Position numbers and translations under genes: made by a program. From assembly GCA_003971905.1 (NCBI GenBank), contig RSEE01000058.1, forward strand, positions 310,001 through 374,000: DNA of 64,000 nt, given 5' to 3'. Source of the stretch: Moniliella sp. 'wahieum'. Taxonomy: Eukaryota. This document shows, piece after piece, positions 1 to 10,505 of this stretch. Numbering within the stretch: position 1 is the stretch's first letter; each line of letters starts with the position of its first letter. The notes under the pieces were generated by a model that was not told the DNA's origin, did not search any database, and worked only from the letters and a program-made list of their open reading frames with translations.

Positions 1-1251
1 TTGCTGCGGCTCGAGGGGGCCAAAGTACCACGAATCGACTCAAGTGCCGCCTCGTCTGATGCAGGTGAAATGGGGGTTGAAGGGATTGGTTCAGAAAGAT
101 GGTATGAATGGCTATTTCCCATACGGGCATGCCTACTTCCACCCTCATTACCATCTCGCGAAACTGCGAGCCTAGTGTCTGGAGACTGGGGCGGGGAGGA
201 GAAGCGAATGGTCGACCCCCTCGTCGGATCGGATGGAGGTGGGTCATGTACCCGATCTTGACAGGCCAGAACCTTCCCCCAAGACGGAGGGGAAGGTGGG
301 CATGTCCCCCGAACTCCGACGAGAAAAAAACTTGCTAGCTCGTTTACCCGCAAGCATGGTACGTCCACGACGAATCCGGCTGGTTGGCTCTTCGGTTTCG
401 GGCGAGTGCCTCCTGGAACCCGGGGAGGCGGTGGTGCGTCCTTATGTCGCCACCCGAGCTTGGTCAACGCACCTCGGATTCCAGTCTTCTCCGGGAGACT
501 AGGTGCAGACGAGCTGCGCTGGTCGCGCGAAACGTGACCGCGTGCTAATTCAAGGCTTTTGTAAGTGGGCGCTGGGCCGCTTCCTGAAAGCCGGAGCGAG
601 GGGCAGGACGACGGTGCCTCCCGCTTGCTTGGACAAAGGCGAGCAGCTCCTTCTGTACATCAAAGGCGAGCGAGGCTTGGAGAGCTAGGTCGGCTGCACC
701 TGCCAGCTGGGTACTGGTGTCAGATGCGCCCGTCTCAAAGCGAGTCACGACATCCTTGATGAGGGTGAGGCGTTGCTGGTCGGCTTGTTGGGCAAGGCCA
801 AAGGCCGGCATCGCCTCCTCCCGCCAACGATCTGGGTCGGTGTCGGCCAAAGGAAGTGCCTGCCGGAGCCTGGCTTGGATGGCAGGGACCTGGGCCCATG
901 AGCTGTTGGACGGAGCGTTACGAAGAAGCTGAACACAGTGTTCGACCGTTTGCTCACGGGCACGGTGGATTTGGACCAAGGCATCCACCTCGCTCATCAG
1001 AGCGTCGAGGATGGACGGACGTCGTCTGGGACGATATGGTCGTGGCTAAAGAAGGGGCGCTGGGCCAGCTTGGAGAGGGCGCGTGCATGATCCGCGTCGA
1101 TTGCACGACGAGCTGAAAAGTACTCGGCTAGCTCGTCCGTCAGGGTGGCAGCTTGGCGGAAGCGCTGCTCCAGCCGCTGGATGGCGTCGGCAGGGTCGGA
1201 GGACAAGAGGGCCTGGGCATAGGCTTGGGGCGACAGGTCGGCGCTCTTCAT
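1..1251 (-). CDS. SYP1: F-BAR (FCH) domain protein, Syp1/FCHo-like; runs off the window start, frameshifted
   Basis: ATG at 1251 begins MKSADLSPQAYAQALLSSDPADAIQRLEQRFRQAATLTDELAEYFSARRAIDADHARALSKLA, an FCH pattern (LAEYFxxRxxIE/DxxY/HAxxLxKL). It continues after a frameshift near 997 into the helical ORF 545-997 (DQQRLTLIKDVVTRFET). The C-terminus is not resolved. Confidence 0.6.
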
Positions 1252-1567
1252 GAGAAGGACACACAGGTCGATGTGGTTGATGAGGGGAGGCAGAAGAAGG
1301 GAGACGAGTGGAGGGACTACGACAAAAGCACTAACGATCCCCACAGAAAAGATGTTTGTCGGTGGATGTTGAGTACGTTGAACGTTTTGATGGCCAGTAG
1401 GCCCCTGGATGTGGCTGAGCTGCAGTGCTGTGGACCAACTGAGCTGAGCAAAGAAACTCCACCAGAAGAGATCGATGAGTGCTCAGCCTGTGCTCAGCTG
1501 TGACGCGCTGATGTGAGAGGCGCAGCTCAGCCTTCCTGAGTGCTTGAGCCTCAAGGAAGCTTCTACC

Positions 1568-1672
1568 TTCAAGCTTCAAGCTACACGCACTCTAGCGTCA
1601 AGCTTTAAGCTTCAAGTCCATCAAGCTCGGAAGCGCAAAGCTTGACATGAAGCTTCTCTTAAAGCTTCAAGC
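1568..1672. repeat. AAGCTT-core heptamer cluster (TCAAGCT) in the divergent promoter region
   Basis: Several AAGCTT/TCAAGCT units, e.g. ttcaagcttcaagct, tcaagctttaagcttcaag, aaagcttcaagc. Confidence 0.8.
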
Positions 1673-2113
1673 ATTCTATGCCGAGAGGTGGGGTTTTATA
1701 AGTAGCCTTTGTGTTGATCTCTTCTCACCTCTCACGCGCACGGCTCCATCTGATGTTTGCCAATGAGTTAATGAGGCCATGAGGCCTGAGGGGGGCAAGT
1801 GACTAAGGCAGTTGATGACTTGTGTGTTAAATGTCACGTGTTGGACAATAGCACTCGCACTACCAACGTCCAACCCTCCACTGCGGAACCACACCGGGGC
1901 GGAACAGGCACTCGCACCATTCCGCCGGGCCTCCACCACGCGGGGCCTTTTCCTTCTTGCGAGCAAAACCCAGCGCATCCTCCAGCGAACCACACGTCCC
2001 ACCACCACACCACTACCGCCACCACCATCTGCCACCACCACCACTACCACTACCATCTGCCGCGCTTCACCCGTTTTTTTTTCTCTCTGGTACGTGGCGT
2101 GCTCCCTGCAGCT

Positions 2114-2191
2114 GGGTATGATTCGAATCATCCAGTTCTGCTACTGAAGGATCAGTGAAGACAACCCAAAATACCAAAAATCCTATGACCT
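2114..2191 (+). ncRNA. SNR61: Box C/D snoRNA snR61 (U38 family), guide for LSU rRNA Am1133 (yeast numbering)
   Basis: C-like box ATGATT at 2118. Guide CCAGTTCTGCT (2132-2142) is antisense to LSU AGCAGAACUGG and is followed by D' CTGA 2144-2147; the +5 rule hits the A of AGC-A-GAAC. C' GTGAAGA at 2155. A second element TACCAAAAAT (2172-2181) is antisense to the adjacent LSU AUUUUUGGUA. D-like ATGA at 2185. Confidence 0.8.
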
Positions 2192-2337
2192 TCTCTTGTC
2201 TGCCCACGAGGGCCGCTGGGACACTGGTTTTGCTAACCCTTGTTTCTGTCTGCTGTGTTGTGCTGTGTTGTGGTGCGTTACGCGTTGTGCTATGGACAGT
2301 ATGGTATGTACTCTGTTTCTTCACGGTCATCCCCAGA

Positions 2338-2436
2338 GCGAAGATGATTCTATCCCTTTTATTGAGCTGGTGAGCACGTGGCTCGACCACGGCATACCAT
2401 GAGCCTTGCTCTACTATGCACCACCATCTGAGCCTT
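2338..2436 (+). ncRNA. SNR55: Box C/D snoRNA snR55 (U33 family), guide for SSU rRNA Um1269 (yeast numbering)
   Basis: C-like box GATGATT at 2343. Guide ATGCACCACCA (2416-2426) is antisense to SSU UGGUGGUGCAU, with box D CTGA at 2428-2431; the +5 rule hits the U preceding GGUGCAU. Confidence 0.8.
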
Positions 2437-3007
2437 TCTGCCTTGCGTTTAATTTGCGCAAAGCAAGCCGCTTGCCTCTTCCTCGCTTACGGGCTACTGA
2501 CTCTTTTTGTTTTGTGTGGTGTTGTTTGATCCAGTCTTCCCCGCCTGCTTGTCCTAATCTAAAGGTCACGCTTGATCGGCAATCTGCACTTGCCTTGCCC
2601 CATCACTTTGTCGTGTGCACCTCATAGCTTTTACCTGTCCTATACCCCCCCCCCCCCAACCCCAACCCTTCCCATATCGCCCCTTGACAGCTTAGCCCCC
2701 CCACTAACGTAATCGATCATCGCAAGTATCGATCGTGCCAACCGAGCCCATATAAGGCCGCTGTGGCCGACAAGAAGTTCACTGTCGCTGGACGCAGGGT
2801 AGAGACGATAGACAAGTCCGAGTGCGAGTGCGAATGCATACTACTGCCCACCCAAGGCTTCCTACTACGACCTCTGGGATACGAAGTGCGCGGTGGCAAT
2901 ATCAAATTTCCAAGAAGGAGCCCTCCCTCGCTCGGGGAGGTACTTGGAGGGGGGGGGGGGGGGTATCTATCCAACTATCTATATGAGTAACTTGGAAAAA
3001 ACGTTGG

Positions 3008-6000
3008 TTATCCCGGCGGTAAGGTCGTGAGCAGTGCCGAGCTAAGCGAGCGCAGCGCTTCGCCCGCTTGGTTCCCCGCGTTGTCGGGCCGGATGCCATC
3101 GGACGCGCTGTCGCGGCGCGAAGACGAGGACGCGAGCGAAAAGCTGAAACGCTGTACCCAACTATCGCGACGCGGAACGTTCGTAGACACAGGGCGGGTC
3201 GACGCCAGTGGTGCGGATGCCGTTGGTGCTGAAGCCAGTGGTGCTGAAGCCAGTGGTGCTGATGCCATTGGTGCTGATGGCATTGGTGCTGATGGCATTG
3301 GTGCTGAAGCCATTGGTACCGATGCCGATGCCGACGTAACCGTTGTAAGTGAGGGGGGCGGAGGTGAGGTCCGAGGCGAGGGTGGAGAGGGTGGAGCGGG
3401 GGGATCGAGGTGCGCACGCCAGCGCGCTGGGCAGCCAGGAGATCAGCTTGCAGTACGGCGCGGCGTAGCTGAGCTTTATCCAATTCCAAGCGTGTGGATC
3501 GCAACTGGGTAGCGAGCGCCGTTGCAGCCGTCTCGATTCGTTCGCGTGTAGACTTGAGCAGGGGCGCGAGGAGACCGAGGTGATGGGCTAAGCGGGTGTG
3601 CTGGTCCAGCTGGGCTTTGGTACGATCGTACGCTGTCTCAGCACGTTGAAGACGAAGTAAGAGTGCTTCCTCGTACGCCTCCACGGGCTCACCCGCTTCT
3701 TCCCCCGTTCCAAACGGGCAAGAGAGGCTTGGTCCATGGCAAACACGTCGATCTTGCGGATCCCAGCCCAGCGGTAGACAGCACAATAGTTGATCTTGTT
3801 CACCCAGTCGTCCCGCTCCGATACGGAGGCCGCGTCGCACCACATCCGTCGTCGTTGGCCCGAATGCTCAAAGTACACTTCCAGCCCCTGTGGCTGGTCC
3901 GGCACCGGTACCGCCAGAGCGTCACCCAAGTTGGTAATCTCATCGGGTAGAAAGTAGGTGATGGCGGGGAGATGCGGGTGGGCTCGCCCAGGGGCCAGTG
4001 AGTTGGTCTGCGCCAGCTTGGGCTTGGATCTGCGCCTGAAGTGCTTCGCACCAGTCGGTATCGCGAAACCAGAGCAGCTGAGACGAAGAGAGAATGCACC
4101 CCCACTGCCGCGCCGCCCATCCTACGCGTCAAGAGCGCAATCTTGGCTACCCGCACCCCTATCGTCTCGTCCTCCCCAGCCGACACCTCGCAGATGGGCG
4201 CATTGACAAACGCAAGCTTCATCTTGGTGTCGTCCAAGGCGATATAACTGGCCGGAAGCAGTGGTGCGCAATCGGAGAGCAGGGTATCCAGGGGCATTTG
4301 CAGGTCCTGCACCCGCCCTTGGCGCATCAACTCATATGGGTTCAGCACCTTCTTTGTCCCCGGCGCAAAGGGGGCGAGAACCTTGGGCAAAGCCGAGTCT
4401 GGCCGGCGGTCCTCATGGACATAGGCAAACTCAAAGGCAGTCGTATTGTCAAAGAGGTACCCAAGCACGTCCGGGTCGAGCCCACTGGTTTCCTGCGTAT
4501 TGCGGAGGTAGGCAGCCAGGTCCATGCGGTTCTTATTGTTGGGGTTGAAGTGGTCAGTGTGCAGCATGATGAGGGAAAAGGCAGTGATGTAGGCCTGGTC
4601 CAAGGTGAGCAGGTCGGGGTGACAATGGATGTACCGTCGTGCAAAGGTATCGAGCACCCGGTCAATCTGTTGGGTTTCCTTGGGCAGCTCGTACTCGGAC
4701 AGCAATTTGCGCAGGGCAAAGTCGATGGCCAGACCAGAGAAGGACATGTGCGCCATAGCAGCTGTCAGGCAGGCGAGCGAAAATTCATCCCCTTGGGCTG
4801 CCAGTAGAGCCACCAGTCGAGGACGACCCACCACTATCGCCGCCCGAGCCACGTACGCATCTGGCTCGACTTCCCCCCGATCTGGGAGGCAAGCGTATCT
4901 GTCTCGAGGGGGACGTCAGGACCTAGATCCGACTTGGCCAGCACAGCGCTGCTTCGGCGAGAGAAGAGTTTGCGTGGCTCCTCTTCTCCTTGGCGGAGAG
5001 GGCGGGTGGCCGCGAAATGCCAAAGAAGGACGTAATCCGGTTTCCGCCCTCTCTTTCCTCATCGTGGGCAGAGGAGAGTCCACCCCCTGTGGCAGGACGG
5101 CGACGCGAAGTAAGTTGAGTGCGGCTGCCGACCCGGTCGGCAGGTGTATCATCCGAGAAGGAGTTGTGCCGCGTGTGGACATACTGCAGGCCACCTCGTC
5201 CTGACTCGGACGAGAGAGAGAAGCGACAACAAACCGCGCCTCGCCCGGGGGGGCTCTGAAAAGTCAGGAGGAGAACGAGGAACTCTATGTGGAAGTGGGG
5301 ACGAAGAGGGTAAAGGTATCCACGATGCTCCCCGGGGGCGTCGAAGGCAGAGAGAGTGGGAGCGGTGGGGATTGAGAGATCCTGCTGGAAAAACTGGGGG
5401 TGTAGAGGGGAACCTGGGGACATGGTGGCAGCAAGCCTCGGGCCAGGCGTGCGGCGAGAAAACACACCGCCCTTCCTGAGGGGGGTGAGAGTAAGGGGCT
5501 GTGATACAGAGTCGACGACCGACCTTGAACGCGCCCGGCGCGCAAGGAGAGTGCGTTTTTAAGCTGCCTGCACTGTTTAGGTGTCCACTCCCGGCGGTAA
5601 GGGTCGAAATGGAAGGCGTGCCAGAGGAAGCTTGTCCCGACTGGGGGGTAGGGGCGGCGAGGGGGTGGAAGTCAAATGAACCTCGGCCGGAGAATGTGTC
5701 CGAAGCAGGCGACATGGATGGGAGCGCTAAGCGAGAAGGAGGTGACAGGTCAGTCCCTGCTCTGTTGAGCCAATGCAGTGCCAGTGACTTGGGACCCTCG
5801 GCTCCACCGGGGTAACCTTAGCAGGAGAAGCAAAAGCCATGGAGGAGCCAGATTGGTCCCTGGCAAGCCGAGGGGATGGGACTGGGATGCTCTGGGTTCT
5901 GCTGTAAGCACCGGGGGGGACCAGGGACCGGGTCGAGTATCCTGTGGCTCGTGTGCGAGCCTGGATGCAGGAGGGTAGTATGGAAAACAGGAGCGGCCCT

Positions 6001-6332
6001 GGATGTGGGGAGGCTTTGAAGAGGGGGATCCCACTGTGCCCCGAGAGGATTAGTACAGCACCACTACGGGGTAAAACGACAGGCGGGGGGGAACAGGAAC
6101 GTACGTTATCGACCGGATGGGAGTCATCTCTCATCTGAGTCGGGGCGGGTGAGAGGAAGGATTGGTCGTGGCGGACAATATGGGGTGCGGGGGCGGAGGA
6201 GGAGGAGGAAGAGGAGGAGAGGAGTACTGGGCAAAGGCTGGGGCCACGGATGGGGAGAGGAGGATTGGCTGTGCTCCCATGACTGACGCGGCGGGGGGAC
6301 AGGCGGGGGGTGGCGGCCAGGCCATCGGCCAT
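3008..6332 (-). CDS. Sec7-domain ARF guanine-nucleotide exchange factor with PH domain (Syt1-like); multiple frameshifts
   Basis: Sec7 motifs in ORF 3800-4852: FSGLAIDFALRKLLSEYELPKETQQIDRVLDTFARRY and AYITAFSLIMLHTDHFNPNNKNRM. PH C-terminal helix DAASVSERDDWVNKINY lies in 3588-3929, followed by a coiled coil. The low-complexity N-terminus probably starts at ATG 6332 (MADGLAATP). Ends are approximate. Confidence 0.85.
3204..3323 (-). repeat. 15-bp coding tandem repeat, 8 units (SAPMA/SAPLA pentapeptides)
   Basis: GCCA(G/T)TGGTGCTGA(A/T) x8, translating as ASAPMPSAPMPSAPMASAPLASAPLASAPT in the C-terminal tail of the Sec7 protein. Confidence 0.9.
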
Positions 6333-6917
6333 GGCGGATGAGCCCGGCGCCGAGGGGGAGAAAGGGCGGGGGGGGAGTTGCTGTGGGGGCGGTGGATGTT
6401 GGTCGCGAGGGGGGCCGCGAGAGGAGTCGGGCGGGGAGGGGGGCGCAGTGGGCTGCGCAAAGGCTTGGGCGGCATGACTTTCCGCAGCCGCAGCACTCAC
6501 GAGGCAGGCGTCGCTCGGCGGGCCATATGACGACCGGCGGGAGGTGGCGGTGGCGGGGAGGAGGTGGTGGTGGTGGTGAAGGGGAGGCAGACGCCTGTTG
6601 GTGGTGGCAGCGCCGAGCGCGGTTGAGTGGATGGCGATCTGATCGGTCCAGTCAGTAGCAGCGTGTGGTGAGGAGGTTATAGCCGGCCGCTGGATGGCAG
6701 GCAACCCTAGCACAGCCCGGGGTGGTGCGGCTATGCGATCGATGGGGAGCATTTTGACATGGCCAAGTTGACAGGCACTACTCACTAGATACACTCCAAG
6801 TACGTTTGCCCTCCCTCCCCGCCGCCCTTTTCTCCGTCTGGCCGGGTGTGTTCGGCACCAAATGAGCAACGCGACAGCCAAGACGCCCATGGATGATCAC
6901 TCGATCACTAACTAGCT

Positions 6918-6943
6918 TCACTAGTCACTAGTCACTAGTCACT
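6918..6943. repeat. (ACTAGTC)3 heptamer repeat
   Basis: tcactagtcactagtcactagtcact. Confidence 0.9.
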
Positions 6944-8281
6944 TGATCCAACCATTCATCGACCATTCAAGCTCAAGATTCATCATCGATCAATGATCGC
7001 ATCAAACAGAGGTTCTCTCGATCAGAAAATGATCCTCCCGATCATCGATCTCAGCGCAGCCACTCTGGTCCACACAACGCCCCACATGCTCTCCCCTCTT
7101 CCCCGCCGTGTTTGCACCAACACCCGCACGCCACGCAGAGTGGATATGGATGGTGCATGTCCCCCTCCCTCCCTCCATCTACCCATCTAGTAGTGCGCCG
7201 CACCACCTGGTTCCCATCCCGCATCCCCGTGGTGGAAGGATGCACGCCAGCCCCTCCCATGCCGCTGCCACCACATGGCATTCTGCAACATCACAAACAA
7301 CACAACTTGCATCCGCGAGAGAGTACAGCCTGTCGCAACACGAGCGCGATGTTGTCGGCAGCAAGCAATGGTGTAGTTGATGTACGCGATGTGCATTTGT
7401 GTGCAGCGCCAGGCCAGTAAGCTGGGGCGAAGCCCCAGCTGACCGGGCCGTATGCCCGGTGGTCTCCTCAGTCGTGTACTGACAACGCCTTTGAGCAGGA
7501 TGACGAAGTGACTGGAGATGGCGCTCAAGTGCTACAACAACGAACACGGAACATGCGCAAGCCTGCGCACAGATCGTCCATCTTACCCTGGCCCATTCTC
7601 TCTTTCGCGAACGCGATGACGCTTCACTCGCCCGTGCGACCTGTGGCCCTTGGATCTTGATTTTTGTCCTTCGATCATCCCTTTTCATCTCGGTGACCCC
7701 ATGATGTTTTCCCTTTATGATTAAGCGTCGATGAAGACGAAGTCTCTGGCTGCCGCCGGCCTGAGACTCCTATAACAACCTGCTGTTGCCTTGGCGCATC
7801 TCTCGACTCTCTTCGTGTCTACCCCTGGCAATGCATGCTTTGAAAAGTAATCCACTGCCTGATCTGACAGCATATGGCAGACTATCCACCACCCTAGCCG
7901 CCAGCCTGTCAGCAAGACTGCGGCCCGTCCGGGGATACCTGGTGAATAGCTGGCGGCAACCTGGGGGCGAGCTGTCGGGCAGGTTGTCTCGACCTTGCGA
8001 CGATCTTGCCGCTAGCGTCCCTTGTCGCGAGAGTGTGGCAACACTGGTGGTTGTCTGGCGATCACGACAGTTAATCTTGTGGCATGGTCCGCGGCAACCT
8101 CGTAACCAGAAATTTCGATTAGCTATGTGTGTTTGTTTTGTTCCCATCAAATCTAGAGCTATGAAAACGGTTCCAAGGGTTGCCTTTCCACGCCCGCTCC
8201 ATGTCACAGTCAATATGCACATCCAATCGACAATTGCGGCCTCCAGGCCGATGGCGAAGAAACAAAACCACAGGAGATGCA

Positions 8282-9879
8282 TCACGTCTGGCCACGGAGG
8301 AACTTTTCAAACATATCCACACCGGCCAAGTAACCGTGTTCGTACTCCCACGAGCTGCCCGACTTGCCCTTTTCAGCTTCGTATGTGGCCTGGCGAATGG
8401 CCGCGAGCGATTGCTTGTAGCCGACATTGGCTGGCTGCGGGCCCGAGGGGTGGTACCAGAACGCCGTGGCGTCCGTCCAGGCCTGTTTGAACCCATCCTC
8501 AAACCGCCAGTGCTCGTAGTTCCCACCCTGCTTGTCCCAGTACCCCGAATGACCAGCCAACGACTTGCCGCGCTCCTGCTCCCGCCTGGTTGGCCGCGTC
8601 TTCGCCCGGTACGTCGTGCGGGTCCTTGCCCAGCGCAAACGACAATAGGTTCCCAGGCAACACGCCTTCCTCCACCGCCGAGTAGAACCCCCAACCAGCG
8701 TCTTTCCCGCCTTCCTTTTTCAACGTCCAGAAAAAGTTGCCGCCGCACGTGTCTTCAAAGAGACGGAGCTGGGAGTGAGCCCAGTTGGTCTGCTGGGCAC
8801 GCTTGTCCTCATTAGGGTCCCAAGAAGTATTGTGCAGCGCAGCGCTCCACTCGCCCACAATCAGGCTGCCTTTACCCTTGCCGCTGGCGTTGGAAAAGTG
8901 TTGGTAGGTCTTACCGCCTGGGCGGACGCTCTCGGCATGCTTGTTGCAGAAGAGTTTGTGGTCTTCCGGGGTAAAGGCGCGGTAGAGGTGATGGTCGACA
9001 ACGAGCGGGTTGAGGGGGTTGTTGCGCACGCCTCCAAACTGCTCCACGTACCAATCCAACGTCCACGCATCCGATACGTAAATCGGTACCGAGTTCGTCT
9101 GCAACGAGTGGGTGGCGTGTCGAATGGGGCCCAGTGCCTCATCGTAAAACGCAGTCAGGTTCGGGCCGTTCTTGGGCTCGTTGAGCAACTCGACCCCGAC
9201 CACATTCTCGTAGCCTCCCACGGCCTTGACCAGCTCGACCAAAATCTGAATCGTCTTTTTGGTTGCTGCGAGCGTCCGAGCCTTCCCAAAAGCCGGGCTT
9301 GTCAATGCTCAGACCTACATGGCCATCCGTATTCTGGCCGCCTGGAGCGGCATGGAGATCGACCAGGACGCCCACGCCGTGCTGCTGCGCCTTCTCAATC
9401 GCCTTTTGCACATACCCCCATGCATCCTTGTACGTGTCGGCGTACTTTTCGTACTCGGTGCCCTTCATCAGCTGAGGCGCAGCCTGGGGCAAAAAGTGGA
9501 AGTACGCAATGGGCAAGCGGACTGTGTTGACGCCATGGTCCACCATCCAAGCCCAGTCACCATCGTTGATAAAGTTGGCCCAGTGCTGAGTCAGACGACG
9601 CTTGACCTCGTCGGCAGGCAGCTGCTTGTTGAGGTCAAACTCGCTCTTGGGATCTTTGACGCCTTCAAAGAGCGAGCCGGTGAGCCAGGTTTCGAGCGAA
9701 AAACCACGAGCCAAGGTTGACGCCGCGTGCTTGCGGTAACGGTAGTGCAGCACGCTGGGCCGCAAGGCGCTGACATCGGACGCGGCGCCGCCTTGCGCCG
9801 TCTCGTCGCCGCCGCCGCTGGAGCTGCCAATGTCGAGCTTGGAGAGTTTGCTGTCGATCTTGTGGAAGAGCTTGTGCAT
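8282..9879 (-). CDS. Glycoside hydrolase family 5 (exo-1,3-beta-glucanase-like), no signal peptide; frameshifted
   Basis: Motifs RGVNLGSWF/LETW, HWANFINDGDWAWMVDHGVNTVRLPIAYFH, VGVLVDLHAAPGGQN, acid/base VGVELLNEP, VVDHHLYRAF, nucleophile IVGEWSAAL and FFWTLKK. These are spread over ORFs 9139-9945, 8499-9305 and 8282-8638. ATG at 9879. Confidence 0.93.
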
Positions 9880-10505
9880 GGTTGTCAGGGGGCGGGGGGG
9901 GGGGGGTGATGGGGGGGCAGGGCGGGGGCGTGGCGATGGCGGCAATTTTATTCGAAGAAAAGACGGGAGGTGCCTCAGCGTGAGCGCTGCGTGCGGGCAG
10001 GCGACATGACATCATGAATGTGACATGGCCCAGGCAGCCACCCAAAGTTGTGTTGTTTGTGCGTCAGAAGCCAGCAGTTCGCACCCAAGCCAGAAGTGTG
10101 GGCAGCGCACGGGCCAGCCATGCGATTGCGCCTTGCGAAGCAGCGCGGCGGCCGCACGGGGGCACTGGCACCCACCAGCCAGCGGGGGCTGTGCACTCAC
10201 CTTCTCCTATCTCGGTCACCATCCCAGATCCCACCGGCGAACCACGATGCACCCGCTGGATCGCATCGGCCGAACGGAGAGCCACGCCGCCATCGCATCG
10301 GAGGGTCCGTATATCCCCTCCATCCCCACCCTTTCCCCGCCATCCCATCCCATCCCATCCCCCCCCTAGACTATAGATGGCAACACAGCTGCCAGCCCCA
10401 GGCACGCACAGCGAGTATCATGTATCACGTTCCAACAAGCGACGACTGACAATAGGCAACAGATGAAGATAGACCACGTCTCCCTCCCCCCGCGCGTCTC
10501 AGGCC

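Larger units (their letters stand above)
2000..2640 (+). ncRNA. Spliced non-coding snoRNA host transcript (ends approximate)
   Basis: Intron 1 is 2090-2299 (GTACGT, branch GCTAAC 2232, CAG). A 4-nt exon TATG lies at 2300-2303. Intron 2 is 2304-2534 (GTATGT, branch TACTGAC 2495, CCAG). Each intron holds one C/D snoRNA, and the exons have no convincing ORF. Confidence 0.7.

Noticed and set aside
1568..1672. Cloning-vector polylinker or restriction-modification signature from clustered 6-bp sites
   Set aside because: The sites occur as degenerate tandem arrays throughout intergenic DNA, not as a unique-site linker, and no vector sequence is evident.
2440..2720. snR57 as third member of the snoRNA cluster
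   Set aside because: No third intron or C/D box pair with a matching SSU antisense element was found.
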